Shown: positions 1 to 9,800 of the stretch, one piece after another
How the letters are laid out: every line of letters begins with the position of its first letter
Position numbering within the stretch: position 1 is the first letter of the stretch
Source: Candidatus Omnitrophota bacterium
Lineage (GTDB): Bacteria > Omnitrophota > Gorgyraeia > Gygaellales > Profunditerraquicolaceae
DNA: 56,874 nt
NCBI GenBank assembly: GCA_016208765.1
Contig: JACQXK010000015.1
Span: forward strand, 1-56,874
Direction of reading: 5' to 3'
The notes under the pieces: model-generated
Told to the model about the DNA's origin: nothing
The model's input: only the letters and a program-made list of their open reading frames with translations
Databases searched by the model: none
Position numbers and translations under genes: made by a program

Positions 1-2
1 TA

Positions 3-1367
3 TTTTCGTTATTTTTATCCAGGACTTTATTATTTTCCCAAACTCAAAACTTCGGTATTAGTTATACTCTTACCGAAGGCGGGACAAAACTTGAGCTTAC
101 ACCGGAAACAAATTACCGCGGTGTTAATGTGGTTGTTAATTCTAATGCTGCTACCCAATATGAAGTGATCCAGAGGATTGTCCAGCCAATTCAAAACCGC
201 GATAATCCTAATCTAACGCTGGGTGAAAATTTAGTGGTGCGTGGTTTAAGAGGCACAAATCAATTTGGGGATTTTCGCATTCCTACTAATGATGTTCCGG
301 TAAGAAATGAGGACAGGCTTTATACTTCCGATTCCGCCGGAGATTCTGACAACTTTACCATTGTTTACGGAATAATTAACATTGATAAGATACCTGCAGG
401 TTATTATCAGGGGCAGATTGCATTTGTCCTGCGCCCTATAAATTCAAACCTTAACGAGCAAACACAATATCTTTATGTGTATGTTGAAGTCAGCCAGCAG
501 GCTGAGACAAAGGCTGCTACTATTGAAATTTCAGGCCCGCTTGGTTCAAGGGCAATTGAGCTTAATCCAAAAAAAGAGGGAATGCAAACAGCGGATTGCC
601 TTGTTAAGATTAACGGAACCTTTAAAGAGAATATTTCACTCAGCCATGTCTTGCAGCGTCCTTTGCAGTCAAACGAAGGAAATCAGGCAGGGCCTGATAT
701 CATTAATGTAGAGGTAAAAGCAGTTAAAGGATTGGGAATTAACAAGCCTTTGCCTTTTGCCGGGATAAGCCAGGATATTTATGCTGCTGATCCGCGTAAT
801 CAGACTGACCAGGATTTTGTGATCACTTACAGCCTCGGGGATGTTTCTAATCTTAAAGCCGGAAGATATACATCGCGTATCGTTTATTACCTCGCAGAAG
901 GCAATAATCCGCCTCGTCCGGTTGGTGAGCTAGACTTAGAATTGCAGATTGACCGGGTTTTTGAACTGGTAATTGCGCCGCAGGAGCAAACAAGCGCAAT
1001 TGAATTTCGCAACCTTAAAGCAGGAGATGAACCAAGGGTAAGCGAGTTAGACTTGGAGGTTAAATCTAATTTGGGTAAGCCTTATCAGGTAACCCAGAAT
1101 GTTTATTCAGATTTAACCGATCCTCAGGGCAATACAATTCCGGGAAAGTATTTCGCAATGAGAACAGAGGGGAGTGCCGATGGGACAAAAGGTAAATTAA
1201 AAGTGCTTGAAGCACAGGAGGTCAAAAAGCAGGATACGATTATGTTTGTTTCAGACAGCAAGGGCTCTCCGGATAAATTTAAAGTTATTTATGAGTTGAC
1301 TATCCCGGAGGATATAAAGGCGGGAAATTACGCGACAAGAATTACTTATTCATTGGTTGAATTGTAA
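3..1367 (+). CDS. 5'-truncated secreted multi-repeat beta-sandwich protein (putative fibre/adhesin subunit)
   Basis: The frame of the listed 129..1367 ORF has no stop codon back to nt 3, so the gene enters from upstream. It has at least three ~130-aa repeats, each ending in a G-x-Y-x3-I-x-[FY]-x-L strand (AGYYQGQIAFVL, AGRYTSRIVYYL, AGNYATRITYSL). No enzyme motifs were seen. Confidence 0.7.
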   Translation, partial: FSLFLSRTLLFSQTQNFGISYTLTEGGTKLELTPETNYRGVNVVVNSNAATQYEVIQRIVQPIQNRDNPNLTLGENLVVRGLRGTNQFGDFRIPTNDVPVRNEDRLYTSDSAGDSDNFTIVYGIINIDKIPAGYYQGQIAFVLRPINSNLNEQTQYLYVYVEVSQQAETKAATIEISGPLGSRAIELNPKKEGMQTADCLVKINGTFKENISLSHVLQRPLQSNEGNQAGPDIINVEVKAVKGLGINKPLPFAGISQDIYAADPRNQTDQDFVITYSLGDVSNLKAGRYTSRIVYYLAEGNNPPRPVGELDLELQIDRVFELVIAPQEQTSAIEFRNLKAGDEPRVSELDLEVKSNLGKPYQVTQNVYSDLTDPQGNTIPGKYFAMRTEGSADGTKGKLKVLEAQEVKKQDTIMFVSDSKGSPDKFKVIYELTIPEDIKAGNYATRITYSLVEL

Positions 1368-1387
1368 CATAGCGAGAGGAGGGTAAA

Positions 1388-2095
1388 ATGAAAACGAAAA
1401 CTTTGTTAAAAAAAATATTGAAAGGGGGTGAAGTAGAAATGAAAAAGATACTTATCGTAGTTATGGTTGTAATGGCGGTAGTTGTAATGACAGGGAGAGA
1501 TTCTTTTGCGGCATTAACTCAAACGATTAATGTAACCGCTACTGTGAATCTTGTTACAGCAAGTATGGCAGCAACTGTCCATCAGGTTAATTCTCAGGGT
1601 ACATGTAGCTACGTTGATGATAAATGGAACACTACGCCTCAGCCGGGAATTACTTTTGGAACACTTGATCTGGACCCAGTATACAACATTTTTCTGCCCA
1701 GAGATAATAGTTATTACGCAGTAGATGTTGCGGTTGTGGATAATAGCGGGTCAAACTGGACGGTTACTCAGACGCGTACTGATTTTAAACTTGCAGGCGG
1801 GACAGCCACTCTTAATGATAATGTTAATGTTGTTTTTCAGAAAGTTGTGAAAGGCGCTTCAGGTTTACCACAAGATGATATAGCAACTGATATAGTGAAA
1901 TACAGCTATACTGACAGCAACAACAAGGCAATTACAAAAGCACAGGTAAGCGGAGGTTGGTTGAGGATACTCTATGGTATTGGAACCGGAAATACCACTG
2001 CGGGCTGTACTGACGCAACTGGAGTAACTCCAATTACATTAGATAAGCCGGCAGGCGCTTATAGCGGAACAGTAACTTTAACTCTTACTCCGTAA
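1388..2095 (+). CDS. small secreted pilin-like subunit (SCPU/DUF4402-like terminal strand)
   Basis: SD GAGGAGGG lies upstream. An alternative ATG at 1439 gives the classical signal peptide MKKILIVVMVVMAVVVMTGRDSFA. An ITFGTLDL motif is present, and the C-terminal strand AGAYSGTVTLTLTP echoes the repeat ends of the upstream gene. Confidence 0.7.
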   Translation: MKTKTLLKKILKGGEVEMKKILIVVMVVMAVVVMTGRDSFAALTQTINVTATVNLVTASMAATVHQVNSQGTCSYVDDKWNTTPQPGITFGTLDLDPVYNIFLPRDNSYYAVDVAVVDNSGSNWTVTQTRTDFKLAGGTATLNDNVNVVFQKVVKGASGLPQDDIATDIVKYSYTDSNNKAITKAQVSGGWLRILYGIGTGNTTAGCTDATGVTPITLDKPAGAYSGTVTLTLTP

Positions 2096-2183
2096 AGAGT
2101 GATTTATATTTAGGTAAGGAAAAGTTAAAAATAAGTTTACAGGCTGCTAAATTATTGTAGAATAACTCTAAAGGAGGAGTTTT

Positions 2184-3059
2184 GTGTTTTATTTAAAAAG
2201 AGCTTTCTTAGGATCATTGTTTACCCTTTTTTTCTTAGGTAATGCCCTTGCTTTAACTCCTCCTTTCCTTGATAAGCAAAAGATCAGGCTATCAATCGCT
2301 CCCGGGCAGGCTTCGTATGGGGATATAGTAATTGAAAATCCTTCAGAAACTTCCCGTAAAATGCGGGTGTATCTGGAAGATTGGTCATATGCTCCGGGAG
2401 GAGATGGCTCAAAGAATTTTGCTCAACAAGGAAGCAGCGTTTCTTCTTGCGCTCCGTGGATAACTTTTTCTCCCACTGAATTTACCTTGCCTGCTTTTGG
2501 TAAACAAAGAATAAGTTTTTCAGTAAAAGTCCCCTCTGATGCAAAAGGGACCCATTATGCGATAATGTTTTTTGAAAGTAACGTTGGAGAAGTCCAGGAG
2601 AACGCTCAGGGTTTTAGCGGAGGATTGAACTTGGCTATAAGGGTTGGCGCGCTTTTTTATATTGAGGCAAAAGGAACCATTAAAAGAAGCGCTATGATAG
2701 AGAACCTGAGCGTAAAACGGGGAAACGCATCTAACCCGTTAACGGTTCAGGTAGATTTAAAAAATTCAGGAAACACGGATATTACTGCAGGCGGTTCGTT
2801 TCATATTATGGATGATGAAGGTTTGATCTTTGCGCGCGGTGAATTTGGTAATGCTTATACATTTGGCGGTGAAACTGCCAAGATGTCAGCAGCTTGGAAA
2901 GAAAAGATCCCTGCCGGAAAATATCATTTGGTTATAACAGTGGATATTGGAAAGGCTCTTGAAGAGCTTAATTTAGGAAGGGGCCCGGTTATTATAAAGG
3001 AAACTGAAATTGAAATTGGCCCTGATTCAACCGTGCTTAAGGCCGGTGAGCTAAATTAA
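2184..3059 (+). CDS. periplasmic two-domain beta-sandwich protein, putative fibre chaperone (PapD/DUF916-like by pattern only)
   Basis: GTG start follows AAAGGAGG. A signal peptide is present (LFFLGNALA). There are two Ig-like halves (LSIAPGQASYGDIVIENPS..RVYLEDW and LTVQVDLKNSGNTDI..GKYHLVITVD). It sits between the subunit genes and the OM protein gene. Confidence 0.6.
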   Translation: MFYLKRAFLGSLFTLFFLGNALALTPPFLDKQKIRLSIAPGQASYGDIVIENPSETSRKMRVYLEDWSYAPGGDGSKNFAQQGSSVSSCAPWITFSPTEFTLPAFGKQRISFSVKVPSDAKGTHYAIMFFESNVGEVQENAQGFSGGLNLAIRVGALFYIEAKGTIKRSAMIENLSVKRGNASNPLTVQVDLKNSGNTDITAGGSFHIMDDEGLIFARGEFGNAYTFGGETAKMSAAWKEKIPAGKYHLVITVDIGKALEELNLGRGPVIIKETEIEIGPDSTVLKAGELN

Positions 3060-3065
3060 CCCTTG

Positions 3066-6000
3066 ATGAAGAAGACCCTTCTTATAGGCACGTTGATTCT
3101 TTCTTTTTTTCTGTTTCAATCCCCTCTTTATGCCTTAAATCAAATCCCGGAATTACTCTGTGAATTAGGTGTTAAATTATATCGCAGCGGAAGATATGCT
3201 GAGGCCTTACATGAGTTCAAGAAAGCCCTTATTGCCAATCCTAATTATATTCCAGCTAAAAAATATATTAAAATGATGGAGCAGGCTAATCTTGCCGAGC
3301 CTGAGATTGTGCCATCTACTTTTAAACCTATCAGCCCTGAGCCAAAGGGCGCTATGAATGAGCTTTTGGATTTAATTGATTTGCAAAGAGAAATGATCCG
3401 GGATAAAGAGTTGATCCAGGTGGAAACGGTTAAGAAAAAAGAGAAGCCTGAAATACCAGCTAAGAAGAAAATTAAGAAACTCAAGACACCGGTTGCAATT
3501 ACCAAGCCGGCTAAGGCGGAAGTTAAACAACCCCAGCCTATTGTCCAACCGAATAAACCAATTGTTGTGCGGCCTAAGCCAGTTGTCAAACAAGATGTGC
3601 AGCCAGCTAAGCAGGGAATTCAGCCAACGGAAATAGTGGTAAAACCATCAGGAACGGCTATTGAGCCAACTAAACTGGCTGAGCAACCAGCCAAGACAGC
3701 AGCTGTTCAGTCTTTAGAGGAAGTTATACAGCCGCCGGAGACAGTTTCCCTGCCAACTACGACAGCTGGTTCTTTGTCATTGCGCGAGGCTAAAGAAAGC
3801 GAAGCAATTTTACTATCAGAGCCTTCAGTGCCTCTTGTAACAGAAAAGAAAAAAGTAAGGGAATTTAAGCCTGCTGAACAAAATGTTATTACTTTAGATA
3901 ATTCGTTAAGCTCTATTCCAAGCCCGATAGAAATTGAAATGGGCAAATCTTTTATTATCAAGGGGAATAATATTTCGCGATATTTAATTACTCAGCCTAA
4001 GTTGGCTAAAGTTCAAAAGAATGGCCCTAATGAATTAATTGTTACCGGTGAAGAGGTTGGTTATACCCAGCTTTTTGTCTGGGATGATTCCGGCCGTTGG
4101 AGCATGGACTTTTTGGGGATACTCCCAAAGCCAGAGGGCCCTACTTATGAAGAGACAATCCGCAAAGAACAGGAGAGGTCGCGGAATTTTCGTTTAAGAT
4201 ATAATCTGGATTGGGTAACTTATGAAGCTGGTAAAGGTGTTTCAGATTTAAAAAGAAGTTCTTATTACTGGACGCATTCTTTGTCGTTGAATGGCCCTAC
4301 TCCTTACGGCGATTTAGATTCTGCTTTTACTATACGCAGGTTAAATATTAATACTGACCTTACTTATCTTACCTTTGGCCTGACTAACGGAGTTTTTGGT
4401 AATTTTAAAGGGTTTAGCCTCAGGGGCATGGATTACAATCCGAATTTTACGAATTTGGCTTTCCAGGGAACTACTTTGCGCGGAGTGATGTTTTCTTCAC
4501 CTGCGTTTAATAATAAATTTAATTATACCACATTTTGGGGAAGAGAAGGTGGTGGCCGTTATGGAAATCTTTCTCCTACTCTTTCCAAAACAGAAAATTC
4601 GTTTATAGCAGGAACTAATTTGCAATATACGCCTACTGACAAACAAAATTATAAATTTACTGTTGTTCATGGCTGGGGCAGGGACAGGGAACCTCTTTTA
4701 AATAAATATGATTACGATTTAATGGGAGACTGGAAGTTGAACAAGCTTTGGGGAATGGGTTATGAAATTGCAAACGATTCTGAAAGATTCGCCCATCTTT
4801 TTAATATTCGTTACCGTAAGCCAAAACTTAGCTTTACTACTGAGCTTCGCAATATTGACAAAGCCTTTAACAGTATTACCAGCCGAGGCTGGAGGCAGGG
4901 TGAATTGGGTGCGTTATTAAATTTAAATTACCAGCCTACTGAAAAATTAAGGATCACCTCAAGCCTTGATGCATACCAAGACAGGCTGTATCCGGCGCTT
5001 GATAATCCCCAGCGCTGGAATCAGGATTTCAATTATAATATGTCTTATCAGGTAGATAATCTGACTGGGGTAAATCTGAGCTATCTTTTGAATAACGACC
5101 AGGGCCGTCTTTCTGAAATACGTTTTCAGAGCCCGGGAATTGGCATCAACAGAGATTTTAATTTATTTAAGAAGAGGCTTTCAACTTATTTTAATTATTA
5201 CCATCAGGAGAATACAAATTTTACTGCGCACAGCGTTGATTATGTTAATGATAAATATTTGGCAGGCCTTCGTTTGGGTATTTTTGGAGGCTTATATTAT
5301 TACGCTAACAAAGAATATAACATGGTAATTGAAGAATCTACTTCAACCCACGCCAATCCTAATGCTTTTGAAACCGGCCTTGACTGGTCCGATCAAATAG
5401 GCAAGACGCCGTTTTTTGGAAACTTACGGTTTACCTATCGCGATGAGGAAGAAACAGATACAAGGATATCATTTTTGTCAGGTCAGGATTATATAGAGGG
5501 TTATTCAAGGTTATCGTATAAACCAAACGCCGATACTGAGGTTTATGGCTCTGCTCGTTTTCGCAATTTATGGGCGGATAATCCTCTGGTAACCAAGGGT
5601 GTTAATATGGATTTTAACGCAGGTATTCGTTATTCCTGGGATACCGGTGTTCACTGGGATGCAGTGGGTAATATTGAAGGTTATGTTTTTAAAGATTTTA
5701 ATTCTGACGGATTAAGGCAGCGCGATGAGCCTCCGGTTGAGGGCATAAAAATATGGCTTGGAAAAAATAAATTTCAGGTAACTGATCTGTTTGGTTATTA
5801 TAAATTTAAAGGTGTCAGGGCGCGTAAGGCGTTCGTCAGCCTTGATGCGACTACTTTGCCAAGAGGTTATATTGTTACCGTGCCTTTAGTGCAAGAGGTT
5901 CCGATTATAAATCATCGCACGCAAAAGGCTGATTTTGGCGTTATTTCCGAGACAGAAATCAGTGGGTGTATATTTGAAGATATTGATGGAAATGGCGAAT

Positions 6001-6245
6001 ACACAAAAGAGGACAAGGGTGTTGCAGGGATTGTGGTAACTTTAGAAGATGGTTCTAAATCAATTACTGACGTCCGCGGGAAATATTCATTTAGAAACGC
6101 AACTCCCGGTGAACATGCTATTAATGTTGATATAAATACTATTCCGGTTTATTATCTGCCGCAAAAAGCCCTGAAAAAACAAATCACCCTTTTTGAAGGG
6201 GTGAATTATGTTTTTGACTTGCCTCTAAAAAGAATTGAAGAGTAG
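3066..6245 (+). CDS. large outer-membrane protein: signal peptide, TPR, Pro/Lys/Gln-rich linker, pilus/secretin N-terminal-like domain, beta-barrel, two C-terminal SdrD-B/Cna-B-like domains
   Basis: ATG at 3066 gives MKKTLLIGTLILSFFLFQSPLYA. A TPR-like segment is present (YRSGRYAEALHEFKKALIANPNY). ITQPKLAKVQKNGPNELIVTGEEVGYTQLFVWD resembles the pilus-formation N-terminal domain. A long stretch of alternating aromatic beta strands follows. The C-terminus has GYVFKDFNSDG..YYKFKGV and GCIFEDIDGNGEY..GKYSFRN. Confidence 0.7.
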   Translation: MKKTLLIGTLILSFFLFQSPLYALNQIPELLCELGVKLYRSGRYAEALHEFKKALIANPNYIPAKKYIKMMEQANLAEPEIVPSTFKPISPEPKGAMNELLDLIDLQREMIRDKELIQVETVKKKEKPEIPAKKKIKKLKTPVAITKPAKAEVKQPQPIVQPNKPIVVRPKPVVKQDVQPAKQGIQPTEIVVKPSGTAIEPTKLAEQPAKTAAVQSLEEVIQPPETVSLPTTTAGSLSLREAKESEAILLSEPSVPLVTEKKKVREFKPAEQNVITLDNSLSSIPSPIEIEMGKSFIIKGNNISRYLITQPKLAKVQKNGPNELIVTGEEVGYTQLFVWDDSGRWSMDFLGILPKPEGPTYEETIRKEQERSRNFRLRYNLDWVTYEAGKGVSDLKRSSYYWTHSLSLNGPTPYGDLDSAFTIRRLNINTDLTYLTFGLTNGVFGNFKGFSLRGMDYNPNFTNLAFQGTTLRGVMFSSPAFNNKFNYTTFWGREGGGRYGNLSPTLSKTENSFIAGTNLQYTPTDKQNYKFTVVHGWGRDREPLLNKYDYDLMGDWKLNKLWGMGYEIANDSERFAHLFNIRYRKPKLSFTTELRNIDKAFNSITSRGWRQGELGALLNLNYQPTEKLRITSSLDAYQDRLYPALDNPQRWNQDFNYNMSYQVDNLTGVNLSYLLNNDQGRLSEIRFQSPGIGINRDFNLFKKRLSTYFNYYHQENTNFTAHSVDYVNDKYLAGLRLGIFGGLYYYANKEYNMVIEESTSTHANPNAFETGLDWSDQIGKTPFFGNLRFTYRDEEETDTRISFLSGQDYIEGYSRLSYKPNADTEVYGSARFRNLWADNPLVTKGVNMDFNAGIRYSWDTGVHWDAVGNIEGYVFKDFNSDGLRQRDEPPVEGIKIWLGKNKFQVTDLFGYYKFKGVRARKAFVSLDATTLPRGYIVTVPLVQEVPIINHRTQKADFGVISETEISGCIFEDIDGNGEYTKEDKGVAGIVVTLEDGSKSITDVRGKYSFRNATPGEHAINVDINTIPVYYLPQKALKKQITLFEGVNYVFDLPLKRIEE

Positions 6246-6250
6246 CTTCT

Positions 6251-6568
6251 TTACCTGCTGTAAATAGTCTGAGTGTTTACCTGTTGCATGTTCCCGTCTG
6301 CTAATTGAATTTCTCTTTCATTTTCCTGCTGAATTAATTCCTGCGATTTTGTCTCGGATTCATTTTCAGTGTAGTTTTTTTCTTCAGCAATAACTTCATT
6401 ATTTTTCTGTTCATTAGCGTTCCTGTAAGGTGGAGCATTCACCCCGGGTATAGCGGGTATTGTGCAGCTCATTGCAATTGAAACAGTGTTTCCTGCAAAA
6501 CAATTTCCGGCAAAGGCCAGTGCTAAGAGCGTTAAAACCGCTACTTTCATAAGTATTTCTTTTTTCAT
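6251..6568 (-). CDS. small secreted protein with acidic/Gln-rich tail, unknown function
   Basis: The internal ATG at 6568 is preceded by AGGAGGCGGA and gives the signal peptide MKKEILMKVAVLTLLALAFAGNCFA. The gene is convergent with the OM protein gene, with stop codons 5 nt apart. Confidence 0.6.
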   Translation of the reverse strand: MKKEILMKVAVLTLLALAFAGNCFAGNTVSIAMSCTIPAIPGVNAPPYRNANEQKNNEVIAEEKNYTENESETKSQELIQQENEREIQLADGNMQQVNTQTIYSR

Positions 6569-6608
6569 GATCCGCCTCCTGTTTACCGTGGCTGGTGGAG
6601 GATTAAAA

Positions 6609-6643
6609 TAAAAAAACCCTAAAGGCAAGTTCGCTTTAGGGTT
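6609..6643 (-). terminator. intrinsic terminator downstream of the 1084-aa gene
   Basis: On the minus strand, CCCTAAAG-(9 nt loop)-CTTTAGGG is followed by a T7-8 run. Confidence 0.6.
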
Positions 6644-6816
6644 ATAGTTTCAACTCTTTGGTAGCTGGCTATCTCGTCATTATTTTAATTTTCAATTAAT
6701 AATGACGGACCCTTTAGTTTTGCGTACTCGGGATTACTCCCGGTTTGCCTTTGTCAGTAGTTACATTAAATTGTCAAAGTGTTATATTCTTCTTACGAAA
6801 AAAGTATAACATATAC

Positions 6817-9800
6817 TTATGTTGTTTTCAAGGCAGGCGAAGAAAAATATACTTCTATTGTGTTTATTTGCCGGTTCCTTAGTTGTTCTGCAAAAGGTTC
6901 AGGAATGGTATTGGAGTTTATTTCAACGGGATTGTTATCTTTGTCGCGAAAGGTTATTTTATTAATTTTTGCGCAGTTTTTACCAAAAGTATCCGCTCTG
7001 CCCTTATTATAATATATTACCTTAATATTACTAAACAGGTTAAAGGTGTATGTTTTTTCTTTTTTGGTAAACATCCAGCCTGGTAAACAGGGGGAAAGCT
7101 TGAAATTTAAGTTTCCAGATTCGTTAACAAAAAAAGGCTTTTTTCCAATATTCATCAAAAGCCACATTTCTATAAATTCAGCAGTTGACCCGGAAAGCCT
7201 TGCAACAAAACCATTGCCATGAAGTTTTGTATCGGGGAAGGCGCTTGAGACAATAAATGATGAATTTTCAAGTATACTTCTGCCGTAGCGTTCTGGTTTT
7301 TGGAAAGGTATCAGCAAATTTTTAAATTCCTCAAAGAATTCTTCGTTGAGCCCTTGTTTTAAGAGTTCAAGCAGGTATTTATATTCCATGTGCAGCCAGA
7401 TTGACTCATTTTCAAGCCAACCCGGAGTAAAGACTCTGCATCTTCCGATTTCTTCAGGCATGCTGTTAAGTGATGCTGTTACTTTATACATTTTAAGTTT
7501 TTTGTCAAAAAGCTCACTGTTCTTAGTCGCCTTATACAGTTGTTGCGCTGTTTTTTTATCTTCTGAAAGCCGCAAGGCATGCATTTGTCCTTCTAAGAAA
7601 TGAGGGACTCTTTTTTGGGTAAATTTCTTTGGTTTAAAAGAGTGCTCGCTAATAGTTTCATATTCTGTAACTTCGTGAAAGAAATAGGAGCAATAGATAT
7701 TGATTTTTTTATCCAATCCTTTTTCAATGGCAAGATTCACTTTACGCAGTGCATTTTCAATGATGATCAGTAATTCCGGGGAGTCAATTTCAGGTTCGCT
7801 GCCAATGAAGCCAAAATGTATTTTTTGCCTGTAATCTTCCTTGAGAGAAGCGCTGCTATCCCAATATAAATAATCTTTTTCATCGGATGTTCCAATAAAA
7901 TAGTTATTAATCAATGAGTTAATTCCGACGAGAAGATCATATATTTCCTCGGTTACCTTAACTTTCTTGACAGTGGTTTTTTCAAGAATAGACTCAATTA
8001 TTAAGATCAACCGTTTTAATTCAAATGTTTCGCAAAGAGAGGAACCAAAGAGCGCAGGCAGGCCGTTCAAGGCATCGTACCAATTTGGTTTTTCAGCTTC
8101 CATTTCAATTCCGCAGCCGGATGGGTCAAAGGAGGATAATTTGTTTGCCAAAAGGCAAAGCAGCTTGTTTATTAATGTTGTCTGATAAATTTCTCCCTGA
8201 CCAAAAGAGGATCTTGCCACATGCGGCTGTTCTGAGCGTTTTTTAATTAAATCTTTTTTAGCGTTGTCTATTTTTAAGGCATGCAACTGGCGAGGCAATC
8301 CGTTATAAAAAACATATTTCTCAGAGCGGGGTTTAACAACCTCCCAATTATCATAAAAGGTAAAAGCTCTTTTATGGAAAATAATTTCTTCTGATTTTTC
8401 CGGATAAATCGATAAATAGCTTTCTAAAAGGTCAAGATTGTATGTCCAGTGGTCTGTCCAAAAGCCTTCGCCGTGTTCTGCATCTTGAATTCTGGTGGAG
8501 TTATGAATAAGAATCCCCAGAAAATCATCATAAGAAATTATCGGTTTTATGCGGTGTTCTTCTAAAAATAAAATTACCTCTCCTGGCGAAAAAGGCTTTT
8601 TGGTAAAACTGATGATTTCTCCAAGTTGTTTGTCGTTAAGGCAATCTTTTAGAGAGTTTCCTAATTCAGGTTCGTTTTTAAGTAAGAAGACAGTGCCTTT
8701 AATTGTCAAAGGGTTAAACCCGTCTGCCTGGATCAGGTTAAAGAAATCTACCAAATTAGTTTCCTTGATTTCAGGGTTAAACCAGAGGTCTGACCTGCGG
8801 TTCTGGTTCATATCGCGATAACTACCGTTTCCTTGAGAAAAATAAGCCGGTTGAAGTTGAAATTTGTTGTAATCTCTTTCCAAGTCTCCGTGTTTTCTGG
8901 AGTATAAATAGAAGACATTTTTTTGTTCAGAAGAATTAAAAACAACCGGGTATCCGCCGCGTAAAATATTATCAAGATAGGTATTTTTGGCGTATAGATC
9001 AAACTCGCGCGAACTGCTTTGGGTTTGGATATCTTTTTGCAGGTTTGCGATTAATTCCTGATTTTCCTTTTGTTTATTTCTGAAATATTCAGCAGAGGCA
9101 ATGCGCTTAATTGCTGAGTTAAGTGTTGCAGCGCTGCGCATCTGGCCGCTTACTGAATAGATGTTTTTCTCGCTATTTCCGGCTATCTGGAAGTCAGCAA
9201 ATAAAAAAGCGCAGGGAGTTTTGCTGGTGACTTTTTCGTTTTTAGGCGGCATGAACCTGGAATTATCCTTGAATTTATCCGGGAAAGCAAAGTCTGTTAC
9301 TTGGCCAAATATATTTTCAGGGTCTGTAATAGGTTTAATAATCCTTGTTTTGTTCTTGTCTTGATAAAATCCTAAATAAAAGTTTCCTTCTTTAATATGC
9401 ACGACTTCCGGCCTGTCGTGCGGTTGAACTGCTAATTTATAGAAGGGAGCATTATTTTCAAGATTTTCCACGCGCATCCAGGCTTCAATGGTGCGGCCGA
9501 GTTTTTTGAGGAAAAAATTCGCTGTTCCAAAAGGGACGATTTGCGGAATACCGTCTAAGATTTGTATCTTCTTAGGAGTGCGGCTCAGGTTTTTAATACT
9601 AACGATTCTGGCTAATCCTGCATAATTGTCATTTGGAATATTGAAATATTCTACTGTAACTTTAATTCCAAACGTTGTATTTGTCTCTTCAAGGCGAAGC
9701 CCTTCTGGAAGAATGTACATTGCATTTGAGATCTTAAAGCCTGAATTGTTCAGGGTAGCTTGAAAAGGTTCGTAAAAATAATCTTTCTTTGCGGATGAGA

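Noticed and set aside
475-711. 78-aa ORF in an alternative frame inside the first gene. Similar small same-strand ORFs lie at 5140..5328, 26239..26457, 28230..28457, 37617..37838, 44553..44741 and 50281..50475.
   Set aside because: They are embedded out of frame in strongly supported genes, with no start context and implausible composition.
3390-3860. Nucleotide-level repeat element in the OM protein gene
   Set aside because: The apparent repetitiveness reflects a Pro/Lys/Gln/Val-rich low-complexity linker (biased codons), not a discrete tandem DNA repeat.
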